A stretch of DNA of 63,823 nucleotides, counting the filler, from Lenisia limosa (lineage: Eukaryota > Protista > Breviatea): NCBI GenBank assembly GCA_001655205.1. It is 12 parts of 12 records of this genome, joined end to end, with 100 filler letters (N's around TTAATTAATTAA, not from the genome) between each part and the next. Parts side by side here need not be neighbours in the genome. Positions count along the whole stretch, not along the records: positions 32,346 to 47,371 come from LPNZ01007890.1; positions 47,472 to 58,473 come from LPNZ01011482.1; 10 more parts are not named here. One strand, 5' to 3'. The notes beneath the pieces were generated by a model, which saw only the letters and a list, made by a program, of their open reading frames with translations, was not told the DNA's origin and made no database searches. This document shows, in pieces, positions 36,050 through 47,568 of this stretch. The position numbers and the translations under genes were made by a program. Positions within the stretch are counted from its first letter, which is position 1. Each line of letters begins with the position of its first letter.

Positions 36050-38165
36050 CATTCTGAACAATTAGCATTCCATAGCCGCAAGAAATTGGTGGGGTTAGGG
36101 GGGGGGGGTAAAATTGGAAAATTTATAAAACAGAAGAGCCCAAATCAACTCTGCTGTTGGGTCACAACACAAAAGGGTTGATAACAAAATAAAAACATAA
36201 AAAAACAACAAAGCCCAGACCGGTCGCTTCTGCAGCAACACCGCATCCCATCACTCCCCGTGTAAAAACTGTGAAACTAACAATTAGGTAAACATACATT
36301 GAAAGTGATGTCTGTCGCCTTGCTAGAGTTGGAAATGACCCTCAGTTCAGCCATTTCTCTTGACCTACTGCATTCAAGCTTGAAGTAACTGGAGGGGATA
36401 AAACAGAGAAACAGAAGAAAAAAACTAGAGCTGCACTTCCAAGAAGGACTAAACAATCGAACTAATAATTAATGGGTCATCTGGAACTGAAAGTGAAGCT
36501 CTCAAACAGACCCCAAATTTAACACACTTGAAGTTGACACAGGGTTGGAAAACAACAACAAAAACACACACACAAGACCAAAGGATAAGATGGAACGCAT
36601 AAACACACACACAGACCATATGCGACAATAGTATCTTTTTAGAGACNNNNNNNNNNNNNNNNNNNNNNNNNNNNNNNNNNNNNNNNNNNNNNNNNNNNNN
36701 NNNNNNNNNNNNNNNCGACCTTCGGATCTGCAGATCCTGAGGCGGGATAGACCACTCAAATGTCATCTAAAACCTCGTCATTATGGTGAAAATAAAGACT
36801 GAATATCACAAAAAAACCTGCTTCTCGCAAGAAATACACAGTTTCTCTCGTAGGGTAGATAAGAAGTTGACAACATCATAATATACTAAAATATTGTCAC
36901 TGGCCCGTCATTTCCATCAAACCGCCCTTTGCCCATATCATTAGGATACGACATACAGTGACCGGGACAAGTCTTGACCGATTTTCCTTGGGAAATCAAA
37001 TAGCAAATCGGACAAGACTTATCCCAGTCACATACCGCTCTTACCCATAATTCTTCTGGGATGCCCCGCAACCAGCACCCCATCCAACCTCTCCAGGGTG
37101 CCCCGCGAGCTCGTAGTAGTAATGAACGGTCCCCTTGACATCAATCTACAAAGGTCATATCTAGAGCTTCCCTTCGGTCCCAAAAAAAGACCGAATCTCT
37201 CGAAAAATCCTCTATAACTATCAATATTTTAACGGGCTTTTTCGGACCGCAGGGAAGCCCTAGTCATATATCAGTAGTACTTCCCCTTGACATCAATCTA
37301 TTAGTACCTAGTCTCCTTTATACTTTATGATGGATCCTTTTGGTCCAAAAGAGGTCTTGTGAAAAGATAACCGGAAAAACAAAAAAAAAAAAAAAGGAAA
37401 TTTGGAGTAACAGATAAAATGAATAGTTTGGGGGAGTAAAATAGATAAAATGGATATGTGGGAGCAATAGCAGAAAGATTGTATCTCTTTTATTTAACAA
37501 AGCCTTCAAGCTGCCTCAAAAACATAACTTTATCGAATAACAGCAAAATCAAGAATAAAAAAAAAACAGCAAACCGCAAGGAATTCAAGTCGAAAGACTG
37601 AGTTTCTCGATAAAACCTCGAAAACTAAAGATATCTTACGGTCTTTTCCGGACCGAAGGGAAGCCCCATTCACCGCCCACCTCATCCGCAGGACCCAGCT
37701 GGTGGACCTCTTCAAAAGTCGCGTCTAGGCTGGTGTCTTGTCTTGTGCCTTCATCAATGTTAGTGAGGGGTGCTGAGGGCTGCGGCTGGCTGTCATCGTC
37801 ATCAGTGAAGTTGAGAAAGTCCATTCTGGGGGGGGGGGAGTAAATTGGAAAATTTATGAAAACAAAAAAAGCCCAAAATAAACTCTGTTGGCTGACAAAC
37901 ACACGGGTTGAATANNNNNNNNNNNNNNNNNNNNNNNNNNNNNNNNNNNNNNNNNNNNNNNNNNNNNNNNNNNNNNNNNNNNNNNNNNNNNNNNNNNNNN
38001 NNNNNNNNNNNNNNNNNNNNNNNNNNNNNNNNNNNNNNNNNNNNNNNNNNNNNNNNNNNNNNNNNNNNNNNNNNNNNNNNNNNNNNNNNNNNNNNNNNNN
38101 NNNNNNNNGATTCCTCCAAACCTTCTTCTTTCCGGTTTCTTGACTTCTTCTCCCTCACCGTCTGT
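36050..38165 (-). CDS. Multi-exon gene, unknown product
   Basis: Exons MDFLNFTDDDDSQPQPSAP..., IDVKGTVHYYYELAGHPGEVGWGAGCG, GKGRFDGNDGP|MTFEWSIPPQDLQ and YFKLECSRSREMAELRV. Confidence 0.5.
36096..36260 (-). repeat. Intronic dispersed repeat family A (most complete copy, ~160 bp)
   Basis: GGAGTGATGGGATGCGGT..CTGCAGAAGCGAC..GGGCTTTGTT..CAACCC..GTGTTG..CCAACAG..AGTTGATTTGGGCT..TAAATTTTCCAATTTTAC(C)n. Other copies: 1705-1838+, 4270-4455-, 9597-9701+, 10021-10054+, 22508-22610+, 23245-23312+, 24100-24208+, 34125-34193-, 37826-37914-, 48214-48280-, 52959-53056+, 58612-58653+, 58764-58890+. Confidence 0.88.
36954..37034. mobile_element. Tc1/mariner-type MITE family D
   Basis: TA-CAGTGACCGGGACAAGTCTTGACCGATTT...AAATCGGACAAGACTTATCCCAGTCACA-TA. 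Confidence 0.85.
37162..37262. mobile_element. MITE family C, subfamily C2
   Basis: TAGAGCTTCCCTTCGGTCC...GGACCGCAGGGAAGCCCTA with TSD GTCATATC/GTCATATA. Another half copy lies at ~37575-37668. Confidence 0.88.
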
Positions 38166-38359
38166 TAGAAAATCTATCCATGATTGTTGTTAACAGCAAA
38201 TCTGCCTATTCCTTGTGTTCGCGCCTGGGGTTGCCCTTCCAAGAAAAACAGATCGCAGGATCTCTACTCTACGCAAACAAACCACCCAGACCACTGCAAC
38301 CACACTTGCACACTTGCACAAACTACCACCACACGGTCTATCATCAATAATAAATAGTA

Positions 38360-40290
38360 ATGAGTGGAAGGTTGTTTAAGAAGGCCCCTCCGGAATTTGT
38401 GCGGTCACCAAGTGCACCAATCTTACCTGACCAGTCAATGTTCAACTTCAAATTGGTAGGGTTCCCGTTCTGTCTTATTGCAAGGGAACACATTCAGAGT
38501 TCAATGTTGTTGCTGTGTTCGAGGGATTATTTGACTCCACAGGACCAGAAACATTCCAAGGTGAGAGGTTATCATATTCTGATTAATTTTTTTTTTTTTT
38601 TTAGCATCCTACTTTTCTCCTTTGCTCTAATTCCAGGTTTTCTCCTTTTAAGTCAAATGCGGGCTTTTGTTCAATCCGGAATCAACATCGGAATGTAAGT
38701 GGTGCTTTTCAAGAGTATTATTTTGGATGTAACTGACATAATAGGAACTTGGCAAGGGTCTTGAAGAATTCTCTCAGGAACCCACTACTTCCACTTGCGT
38801 TGCGAGAAGATATTACCTACACTCTTAAATTTGTGAGTTAACTATTTTGGGGACTTTAGATATCAACACTGATGTTTATACAGATTTCGAAAAAGCAAAC
38901 AGTTGGAAAGGTGTACTCATTCCCTCGGGTAACGAAAGAAGATCTTTTTGGACTGCTTGCAATGGGTGAAGGTTGGTTTTATTGTAACGAATCTTACCTT
39001 TTGAGACCCGGTTTCGTTAACATTGATATTGTGGCTCATATCAACAAATTTGGAAAGCTCACCTATGAAGACTCCTCAAAAACCACTGGCAAAAAAAGTG
39101 GATAGGGGGAGGGTAAGATTTATTTTTGCTATTCACGGAGTAGGAACTTCTTGAAGCAATTTTTGATGCCGGCCTAAGTATGTCAAGTATAAATGGAGCA
39201 ATATCTCCTGAGGTTGCTTCATTGGACCAACTCTTTGAAATGGTTTGCATTCTAAAACAAACGATATTACAGGGTAATATTTAATAATAATAAAAAATAA
39301 TAATAATAATAAAATACAGACGTATCAATATTTAAACATTTTAGATTGAGGTCAAAGCAGCAGAATTTTCTGTTTTAAAAGATTTTATCACTGATAATTT
39401 CAGGCAATGGAACAATGTCTGGTGCCATCCCCTAATGTTGCCTTGCGTTTTGATGAGACGAGAACTGAGAAAGTAGGGTTTAAAAGCAGGATTCCAACCC
39501 ATAAATTGGGTCGGATAAACCACAAATAGCGCCAAAAAAACCGAGCGTAACCTGCGTGATTTTTATTTACTGTTATAAAAGAAGTTTTTTGCAAGAGAGC
39601 AAATGTTGTGATATCATACTGACGAAAATATTCTTTCGGATATCCGTGACAATTTTCTGGAGTGACGCCCTGCTTTGAGAGTAATATTAGTGGAATTAGG
39701 AAAAAAAAAAAAAAAANNNNNNNNNNNNNNNNNNNNNNNNNNNNNNNNNNNNNNNNNNNNNNNNNNNNNNNNNNNGTAATTTTTTCAAAAATTAACAATA
39801 ATTTAATCGCTCTATTAGGAATTCAAAAATAAGAAAAAGTCTTTGATAATTTTATAGTCAATCGAACAACGCTTGAAACCTGATGAAAATATTGTGTTGT
39901 CTTTCGATAAGAAACAAATGGAGAAGAACAATGTGACGGTTGGTTAATCAATGCCTTTTATATTTTAGCCAACTTGTTATAATTGTACTCCTGAAGCGAA
40001 TTTATGCCTTGCACTCAGTTTCATAGACTCAATTCACCAAGTTAAAGGAGGTTGCTGAGGTTTCCTTGAAATTTGATGGGCAGTTTTATAAGTTTGGATA
40101 ATCAGGTTATTTTAAACATGAAAAGGAAATTGAACTGATATTCGTTATTCAGTTCGTGATGAGTTCTTTGATGCTAATATTCTCCCTTCGTTTTACTCCA
40201 CAGATACCATATTACAAACGGTGAAAAGGGTGTGCTCAACATCATGCGGGTACTTTGAAATACAACTGTTGATGAACTATGTGTCCTCCT
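38360..40290 (+). CDS. Multi-exon gene, unknown product
   Basis: Spliceable chain MSGRLFKKAPPEFVRSP...|EFNVVAVFEGLFDSTGPETFQ|GFLLLSQMRAFVQSGINIGM|NLARVLKNSLRNPLLPLAL...|ISKKQTVGKVYSFPRVTKEDLFGLL... Confidence 0.55.
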
Positions 40291-40528
40291 GTTTAAGAGT
40301 ATGGCCTCTCTCTCTCACCTTTTAGTTCGTTTTACACAAGAAGAGAACACTTGTCTTAGAAGATGAAGTTCTCTCAATAATAATGCAAGTTATTTTCAAC
40401 ATTTCTCATAAAACAAAAACAGAACCCCCAGATCAACTCATCATTGTAAGAGCTTTCCAAAGTTTTATCTTCAGGACATGGAAATACTAGAGTGTCTCAT
40501 CAAGAAAACTGGAGAGCAGATACCATGA

Positions 40529-41307
40529 CTAAGCCTTCACTTCAGGCTTAGGCAAATGACGCTTCAAGTGCTCAACTTGATATTTCAGCTTGTCATTCTC
40601 CAATTGTAGTCTTTTTACTTCTTCTGATGAAGATGAATTGTTTTCAGCGGATGAGCTCATTCTGAGGCTGTCTTGCTCTATTTGGTAGCGAAGAAACCTA
40701 TGTAATAAGCAAAGCAAGTGTCCAGATTCTAAGTCGTTTTTTTCACCCCTAAGAATTATTGAACCTTTCCACCAAAAGATGGGATAAATCCTCTATATCT
40801 CGGGTTTATTGTATCTATTTTGCACCGAAGTCAATCAGTTAAGCTCAAGCCAGGTTGCAACCAAACCAACCTGAGTTCACCAACAAGTTGCTCCTTAGCA
40901 GCCTTCGTGGCGCCAGCTGAGGTGTTAGGCAACTCATGTACATATCTTTCTATATTCCTCTGAAGCCCGTAACATTTCGGCACATTTAGTTCATTTTATA
41001 CCAAGCTTGACGCTATTTTAGAACGTTACATATTTAAGCATTGTATTAAGAGATAAAGAGAGGTAGATGAGAAATAATAATAATAAAAAATATATATTTA
41101 GCTAAATGGATTTAGTTAAGTACAAAAAAGTATGTAAAAAATTATACTAAGTACAAAATGAGCTAATACACAGCAAAAATACAGCTAAGCACAAGCTTGT
41201 TGCTGCTCACTCACTTCACCTTTTTCAAGATCAGACAGTTTTGCCCAAAGAGCTTTAATTTCAGCCTCACAAAGGTTAGCCCTTGCTTCACAAGAAGTGG
41301 TAGACAT
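40529..41307 (-). CDS. Small coiled-coil/leucine-zipper protein (~90-100 aa)
   Basis: MSTTSCEARANLCEAEIKALWAKLSDLEK|AGATKAAKEQLV|EQDSLRMSSSAENNSSSSEEVKRLQLENDKLKYQVEHLKRHLPKPEVKA*. Confidence 0.55.
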
Positions 41308-41715
41308 AGCAATAGCAAGAAGAGTAAAGAGTAAGCAGGTGAAAAGTATCCTCCAATAACAATGATTCTCCCTCCCTTCTTTCAGCAGCTTCTGAGCAGC
41401 TTCTTCCTCTTTTTCTTCCCTTTCTTCAGCTTGCTCTGCTTGCAAGTTCTTATGTGTTCCACGCGAAAAAAGAAAATACCTGCAACTCATGTAACTAATG
41501 TTGGTTTATAGCGTTTAGACCACTTCACTGACAGTTTTGACTCAATATCTACTTGTCTAAAATAACTAATGTTTCTTGTTTTCAATGTTTATTTTATTAA
41601 TGCAGTTGATTTTTGGCGGTTTGGGCAAATACTAAATACTTACTCAATTAAAATAAAAATACATAGAACACAATATACTAACAATACTCGTAACTAGCTT
41701 GCTGCAATAGTCTCA

Positions 41716-44700
41716 CCTGGTCAATGTTCAAATGTGCAATACCGTTCTCATCTACTCAATAAGTAGGGTTGTATGTGATGCATTAACATAATTGGGGGAA
41801 AGGTTTGTGTTTATTTTTTCACTGCTAGTACATCATAGAGTCACATTGCATACTCACAATACTAAACTGACACGTCAACTTCATCAAAAACATTTCCCCT
41901 TGCCACTTTCTCATTATTTCACAATTGTTACAACAGTAATTGTGGTGTTTGTGATAATTGTGATAAATATGACGGTAAAAGGATTGTGATGGTAGTTTTA
42001 ATGGTTAGAGTGGTGGTGATAGTGAATATATGGATAAAAGTGGTGTATGATGATGATGGTAATAATGATGGTTATGGTGTTGATTGTAGTAATGATGGTT
42101 GGTGGTTTTGATGGTTATGTTGATGGTTGTGATGGTGATAATGGTAACGCCAATGATTCAAACCACCCCCAATTCCACACACATGCAACGTGTACAGTAG
42201 CTGCATCTGGGGGTACTGCAAGCCCGCTTAGATGCTGATCCACGCCAGGTTCCGAGATGCGCACGATCTACCCAGTGTTATCTTGATTATTCACAACAGA
42301 TATCAGATTGGTATTGTTTACGAATATCCTGACCTGTCTTGAAGCGAATGTTCGCGTGTCCACAATTGTCAGGTAGTTCTGGAATTAGTAAATCCGTGAA
42401 TTCAATATTGTTTCAATTTGATAATTACGCTTTTAATATAAAAGTTTTAGGAATGAAAAAATTCATGAATGACTGGGGGTTCAAATGACGTAATATTATA
42501 ACATTAATACACATTATGTAAACAATCTAAAATCTGCCTCCATAGATCTTGTTAACGTCTTACAACCTTCTTAATAACCCACCAACCACGTGCTCTGTGA
42601 AATAAAGCAAGGGAACCGTTCTGTTTTGCGAGAATTTCAGGGACCGACATGCCCCTTTCAATCCAGGGTACTGCATTGTCACACTCATTGGATCAGTTGG
42701 GAATATGCTGAATTTTGTTTTTTGATAAATTGTAATTACAAATCAGATACAACGTATGCTAAACGTGTCATTGTAATACATAAAATATTGTAATTTAATC
42801 CTATGACCCCTTCATTTCATCTACAAAAACTGACATGAGACAATGTTTAAGAAGAATTATGCACAGTGATGAAGATTTTGTAATTATGTGATAGATTGAG
42901 GTAGAGTGCCTGAAATACTGAATTAACGCTTTTGGTCCATCAAAATATGATCATTTTATTCTTAGTTAACAATGTTGAATTGTAAATGAAACAACTCTTA
43001 AAGTGAAATACTATGCGGGTGACTGACCTGCATAGTTGCTAGTCGTGCCAGATAAACAGACATCTTCCTTTTGTCGTAGATATTCTAAAATCTCAATATG
43101 GCAAAGATGATTTTAAATAGAATTTTCTTTGGCCTTGGAACAGCATCATCTCAAAATTGTAAACAAATCATATGTTTTTGTTGACAATTCATTTTACAAA
43201 GATTGTGGAAACTAGTTGCCTCAAACATATAAAAGCTCGATAAATCCATGAAGAATACCGATATAATACAAATTTCATATTAGAAGCGTTAAGAAGCCTA
43301 ACATACCACGTTCCCAACTTGGTCAGACTCTGCGAATTTAATTGAATCTGGGTCCCAACCAAGAGCAAAACTGCAACGGTAAAAGTGATTTAGGTTTTAC
43401 CAAGATCTAAAAGCTGAAAACAATGGATCAATATTGAGTTTCACTTCGGTTCGAAATAAGACTGAATTTTTCAATAAATCCAATAGTTTTTTTGGACTTT
43501 TCAAACCGAAGTGAAACCCTAAACAGTATCGAATACTATCTTGAGTGCCAACAACTTCTTACCCCGTATCCCTTGCAAGAGTAAACCGACGGAGCTCAAC
43601 AAGGACTCCAACATTGTCAACTGAATAGAGTATGGTCTGATGTAGTTAATATAACTAATGAAAGGAAGTCATTATTGACATGTATACTAGTAGTATATAT
43701 CATATGAAATATCATAATCGAAATAAGATACAAAAAGAACAGTACAATACAATATAGCGATTTGGAGGAAAAGGGTTTCAGTTTTGTCTAACAGAACCAA
43801 AAACCAACTATCGCACACACCACCTTTCACCTGTTGTGCATCTCCAGAAACAAGAGCCATTGTGCGGTCCGGGGATAATCTAAATATTCAGTGATTGGAA
43901 TGTCCAGCTGATTTATGATAACCATGAAGCCATATTACAAATTAAAAACATATCAGCTGCATATGCATGCAACAGAAGATAATATATCTTGTATTTTAGT
44001 TTTTGCACCAAACATGATTTGAGCTGATTATATATTTCACCCTAAGCAAATTGAGTATTGAACTAAGTAATAAGAGAGGAATTTAATAATATTATGAATC
44101 TCAGGAATCAAAATATTTTTACAGTCATTTTGGGGCAACGTATCAAATAGTAAGCAATCAACAGCGCCTCACCGAATAATATTCACAGGAAAGTCAATTG
44201 TGAGGCTGAATTTATGTTGACAGCTTGGTAGGGTGTAACCTGATTTTCATTAGTTCAGAGACAAATGTAATGACAGCATTAGGGCTTTCTTGTGGTCATC
44301 AGAAACCCAGTTCATATTTTCATTGAACTTTGGCTATTAATCGGGAATTTATACTTATGGGAATTCTAAGAGTATAACACTAGGGTACAAAAACAAATTC
44401 CCTCCCACATCGAATGGTGTTATCATTGTTTCCTAAGTAGATCCAAGCATTTTCACCTTGGGTCGAGAAACTTCCGAGTTCCACTATATGGCAGCAATTC
44501 GTAATGGACTACATTTGTAACGGATGCAAATCAAAAATCTATTTTCCATATCATATGATGTACATCGGGCTGTAGAGTACTGACAATTCCGATTGTCTGT
44601 TAATTTATTCAACATAATAGTTATAATGAGCACAAATAGTAATCTTCATCCCTCGAAGGATCAAGTCATCTATCCCATCATTATAAGCATAGCAATCCCC

Positions 44701-45677
44701 TAGTTACGTCGCAAAGGATGTCTCGGAATATCTGCCTGTAACAGTAAATGAATAATGATGAAGAAATTAAATTGAATGTATTCTTTGTCATAACACCAGT
44801 TTTAAGCAGGGTTTTGGTTAATCATATGATAAAACAGACATTTTTAGTTATTCAATTATTCATTGGGGCTTCTTCACCCTGGCACTAATAAACGAATGAT
44901 TCTTAAATTGAAAATTAACAATTATTTAAATGCGAAAGAGAAGTTACTGTTATCTATTCTAGCTTTTGGTCTAACCTTTTTGGCTCCCTCAGGATAATGG
45001 CTATTTCACCATCATTACCACCACAAGCAAGGTAGTTGGTGGAAACATCCATGCTTGCAATGTGGAAGTCCACTGAGAAAAAGGGTGTAATAACCTGATT
45101 TGGTCATCTTGATAAATATTTCAAACAAAAGGGTAATAATTAATTGAAAAAAGACGGAAGGCAATGGTTATGTTATGATAAACGGATCAAAAGGTAAAAT
45201 GACCTACTATCACAAGAAGCAGATGAGGAAAAATGTTTATTGTATCCCAAGATTTACATTGTATTTAGATGTCTAATAGTTTTCTTTTTCAAAAAGTAGA
45301 GTAAACGCAGTTGTTACCCCTTACGCCGGTGTTGCCATTAATTCTGTTGACTGTTTTGTTTTCAGCAAAAAAGATCTTTGATATATCGTCTGGAATATGG
45401 AGCAGGTCTCTCAACTGGAAGTAATAAGCAGGAATAAAATTACTTAACGGAATTCACAATCAAAAGGTTCCCTCCTTCGTTGCACCTTCCCATTGGGTAA
45501 TATTTGATGTCTTTCTTGATAAGGTTATATTACATAACTCAAACAGATTTCCATTAAATTTGCCCCCCCCCCCACCTGCCAATGTCGTATTGAGGGCCTG
45601 GCTTGATGAATAACGTGGTTTGGAAGCAGAAATCTGAGACAACTTAATGCAATTACGATTTCCAAATGGAACACCAT
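41716..45677 (-). CDS. WD40-repeat protein of the DUF2415 type
   Basis: RPSIRHWQ|LRDLL, MDVSTNYLACGGNDGEI, IYLGNNDNTIR, FPVN..|LSPDRTMALVSGD, FALGWDPDSIKFAESDQ and GACRSLKFS...LLYFTEH, in the order expected for this family. Confidence 0.72.
43434..43521. mobile_element. MITE family C
   Basis: TTGAGTTTCACTTCGGTTCG...CAAACCGAAGTGAAACCCTA. Confidence 0.8.
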
Positions 45678-45703
45678 TTATAAAAATGTCTATGATATGT
45701 ATG

Positions 45704-45785
45704 CACAGTGACCAGGGTAAGTCTTGACCGATTTGCTTTTGTAACTTCCCAAGGTAAATAGGTCAAGAGTTCTCCTATCACTGTA
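45704..45785. mobile_element. Tc1/mariner-type MITE family D
   Basis: CAGTGACCAGGGTAAGTCTTGACCGATTT...AAATAGGTCAAGAG...ATCACTG-TA. Confidence 0.78.
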
Positions 45786-45991
45786 TGTACATAATATACG
45801 TATATGAAAATACTTATACCATATGTACACATGGAAATATGTGATTGACATTCTAATCAACCACAATAACATGCGTGTTTATCAAAGGTTTTTCATTGTT
45901 TCATTGAGAATACAAAAGTAGTCTCATAGTGTTCCACATACTGATTATTCGATTTACGATATGAAATGACGATGACGCAATTATATGTGGA

Positions 45992-47061
45992 ATGTCTCCC
46001 TACCCTCCTATGGACAATTGGGAAGCGGGTCGAATCCTCGTACATATTAGAATGCATACAAATTCAACAATTTACTAAAGTTGACTATTAGTTCTCATCG
46101 CATTATGTATGACGATTACGCAGTTATATGAGATACCCCCAAAGAAATCTTTTATGAATAACAAAGACTTTCTGTTCTATTACAGCATCAAGTCAACCGT
46201 GAAGTCAACAAAGCCAACCCAGCTGACCTTGCATGGCTGTCCATGATGCTATGCCCCGCAAAAGGGCATTCCGTTGCAACCATTGGGGAAGTAAGTGGTG
46301 GAAGGAGGGAAATCAAACAATGAAATGCGAAATAAGGTCACTATATCAATTAAAATAAAACACACACTATTTATTTTGTGCTTATGTGAATGGCAATTCA
46401 TCACAATATATCTGAAATGAACCTTTCCTGATATGGAAGATGGAAGATCGGCGTTGACAGAAAGTTGGTAATCTCGGCGAGGGGGTTTAGATTCCGCCTT
46501 CAATCTGGCATTGATAATTAGATTATTTAGTTTTAATTTCTTTGCCACCTTCATTTCGAACATGCATCTTCTATACGATTGTAACTTAATTCATTTCATC
46601 TCGATAAATTTTCGAAATATTTCGATATAAATTGTAATTAATGATAGAGGAAAGGAGGAGGCGTTATTCTACTACTGCATCTTGATAAAAGAGAAAGGCA
46701 ACGATTTTATAGCTAGTTTAGACCGAAATTTAAGAAAATTGATGTTGTGAGTAGTTGTGCAATGAATATCCCGTAGTGCTGCTCTTCCCTTGCCTCTTCT
46801 AAGCTCGCAAAGTTCTTAGAAAGGATGGTATTGATCATTAGCCACGGGATGATCGCCTTCCTTCTCTTACTCTCCTGGCCAATCTTCTCTGGCGTGGAGG
46901 GAGTAGCAAGTGGCAATGTTACCTTCGAGCACCTGTATTCCCTAACACCTGTGGATCACCCACTCGGATGGCTTGAAACGCCGTTCCCAGATGTGTACAA
47001 CAGGATGGACTATCCCCACGCTCGGTTCTTCTTCGGATATAGTCGGCGGGTTGATGATTGA
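45992..47061 (+). CDS. Possible small multi-exon gene, unknown product
   Basis: MSPYPPMDNWEAGRIL|HQVNREVNKANPADLAWLSMMLCPAKG... and a GC-richer terminal exon 46805-47061. Confidence 0.35.
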
Positions 47062-47568
47062 TCTCTCTCATTATATGTCTATCAAAGTCTTAACCTTATC
47101 TCTCTCATTTTATGGCTATCATAATCTAAACCTTCTTATAAATGTTAAATATTGCTCTTTGTTGAGGAAGGAAAGTATTATTGTTGGTGATCTGAGTATT
47201 CAGCAAAATCAATGGGTATACTAAACGAAATTAAACACACCTAAAAAATGCATACTATAACTTCCAAGTAAAAGGGTATTTCTTATCTATTTATTATATG
47301 TAACAGTAGTACATCTTCTCCAAGAATCAGGCAAATTGCAAAGAAATAACCTCCTTCAAAAAAAAAAAAAANNNNNNNNNNNNNNNNNNNNNNNNNNNNN
47401 NNNNNNNNNNNNNNNTTAATTAATTAANNNNNNNNNNNNNNNNNNNNNNNNNNNNNNNNNNNNNNNNNNNNCAAGGTACTTGATGATAGTAAGAAGTAAA
47501 ATATTTATATGCATATAATACATCGAGAGCTATCCAGAAACTCCGTCTTCTTGGCCATTGTACAAAGC

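Noticed and set aside
41990-42150. Met/Val-rich ORF 42047-42238
   Set aside because: A degenerate (GAT/GGT)n microsatellite in a WD40 intron.
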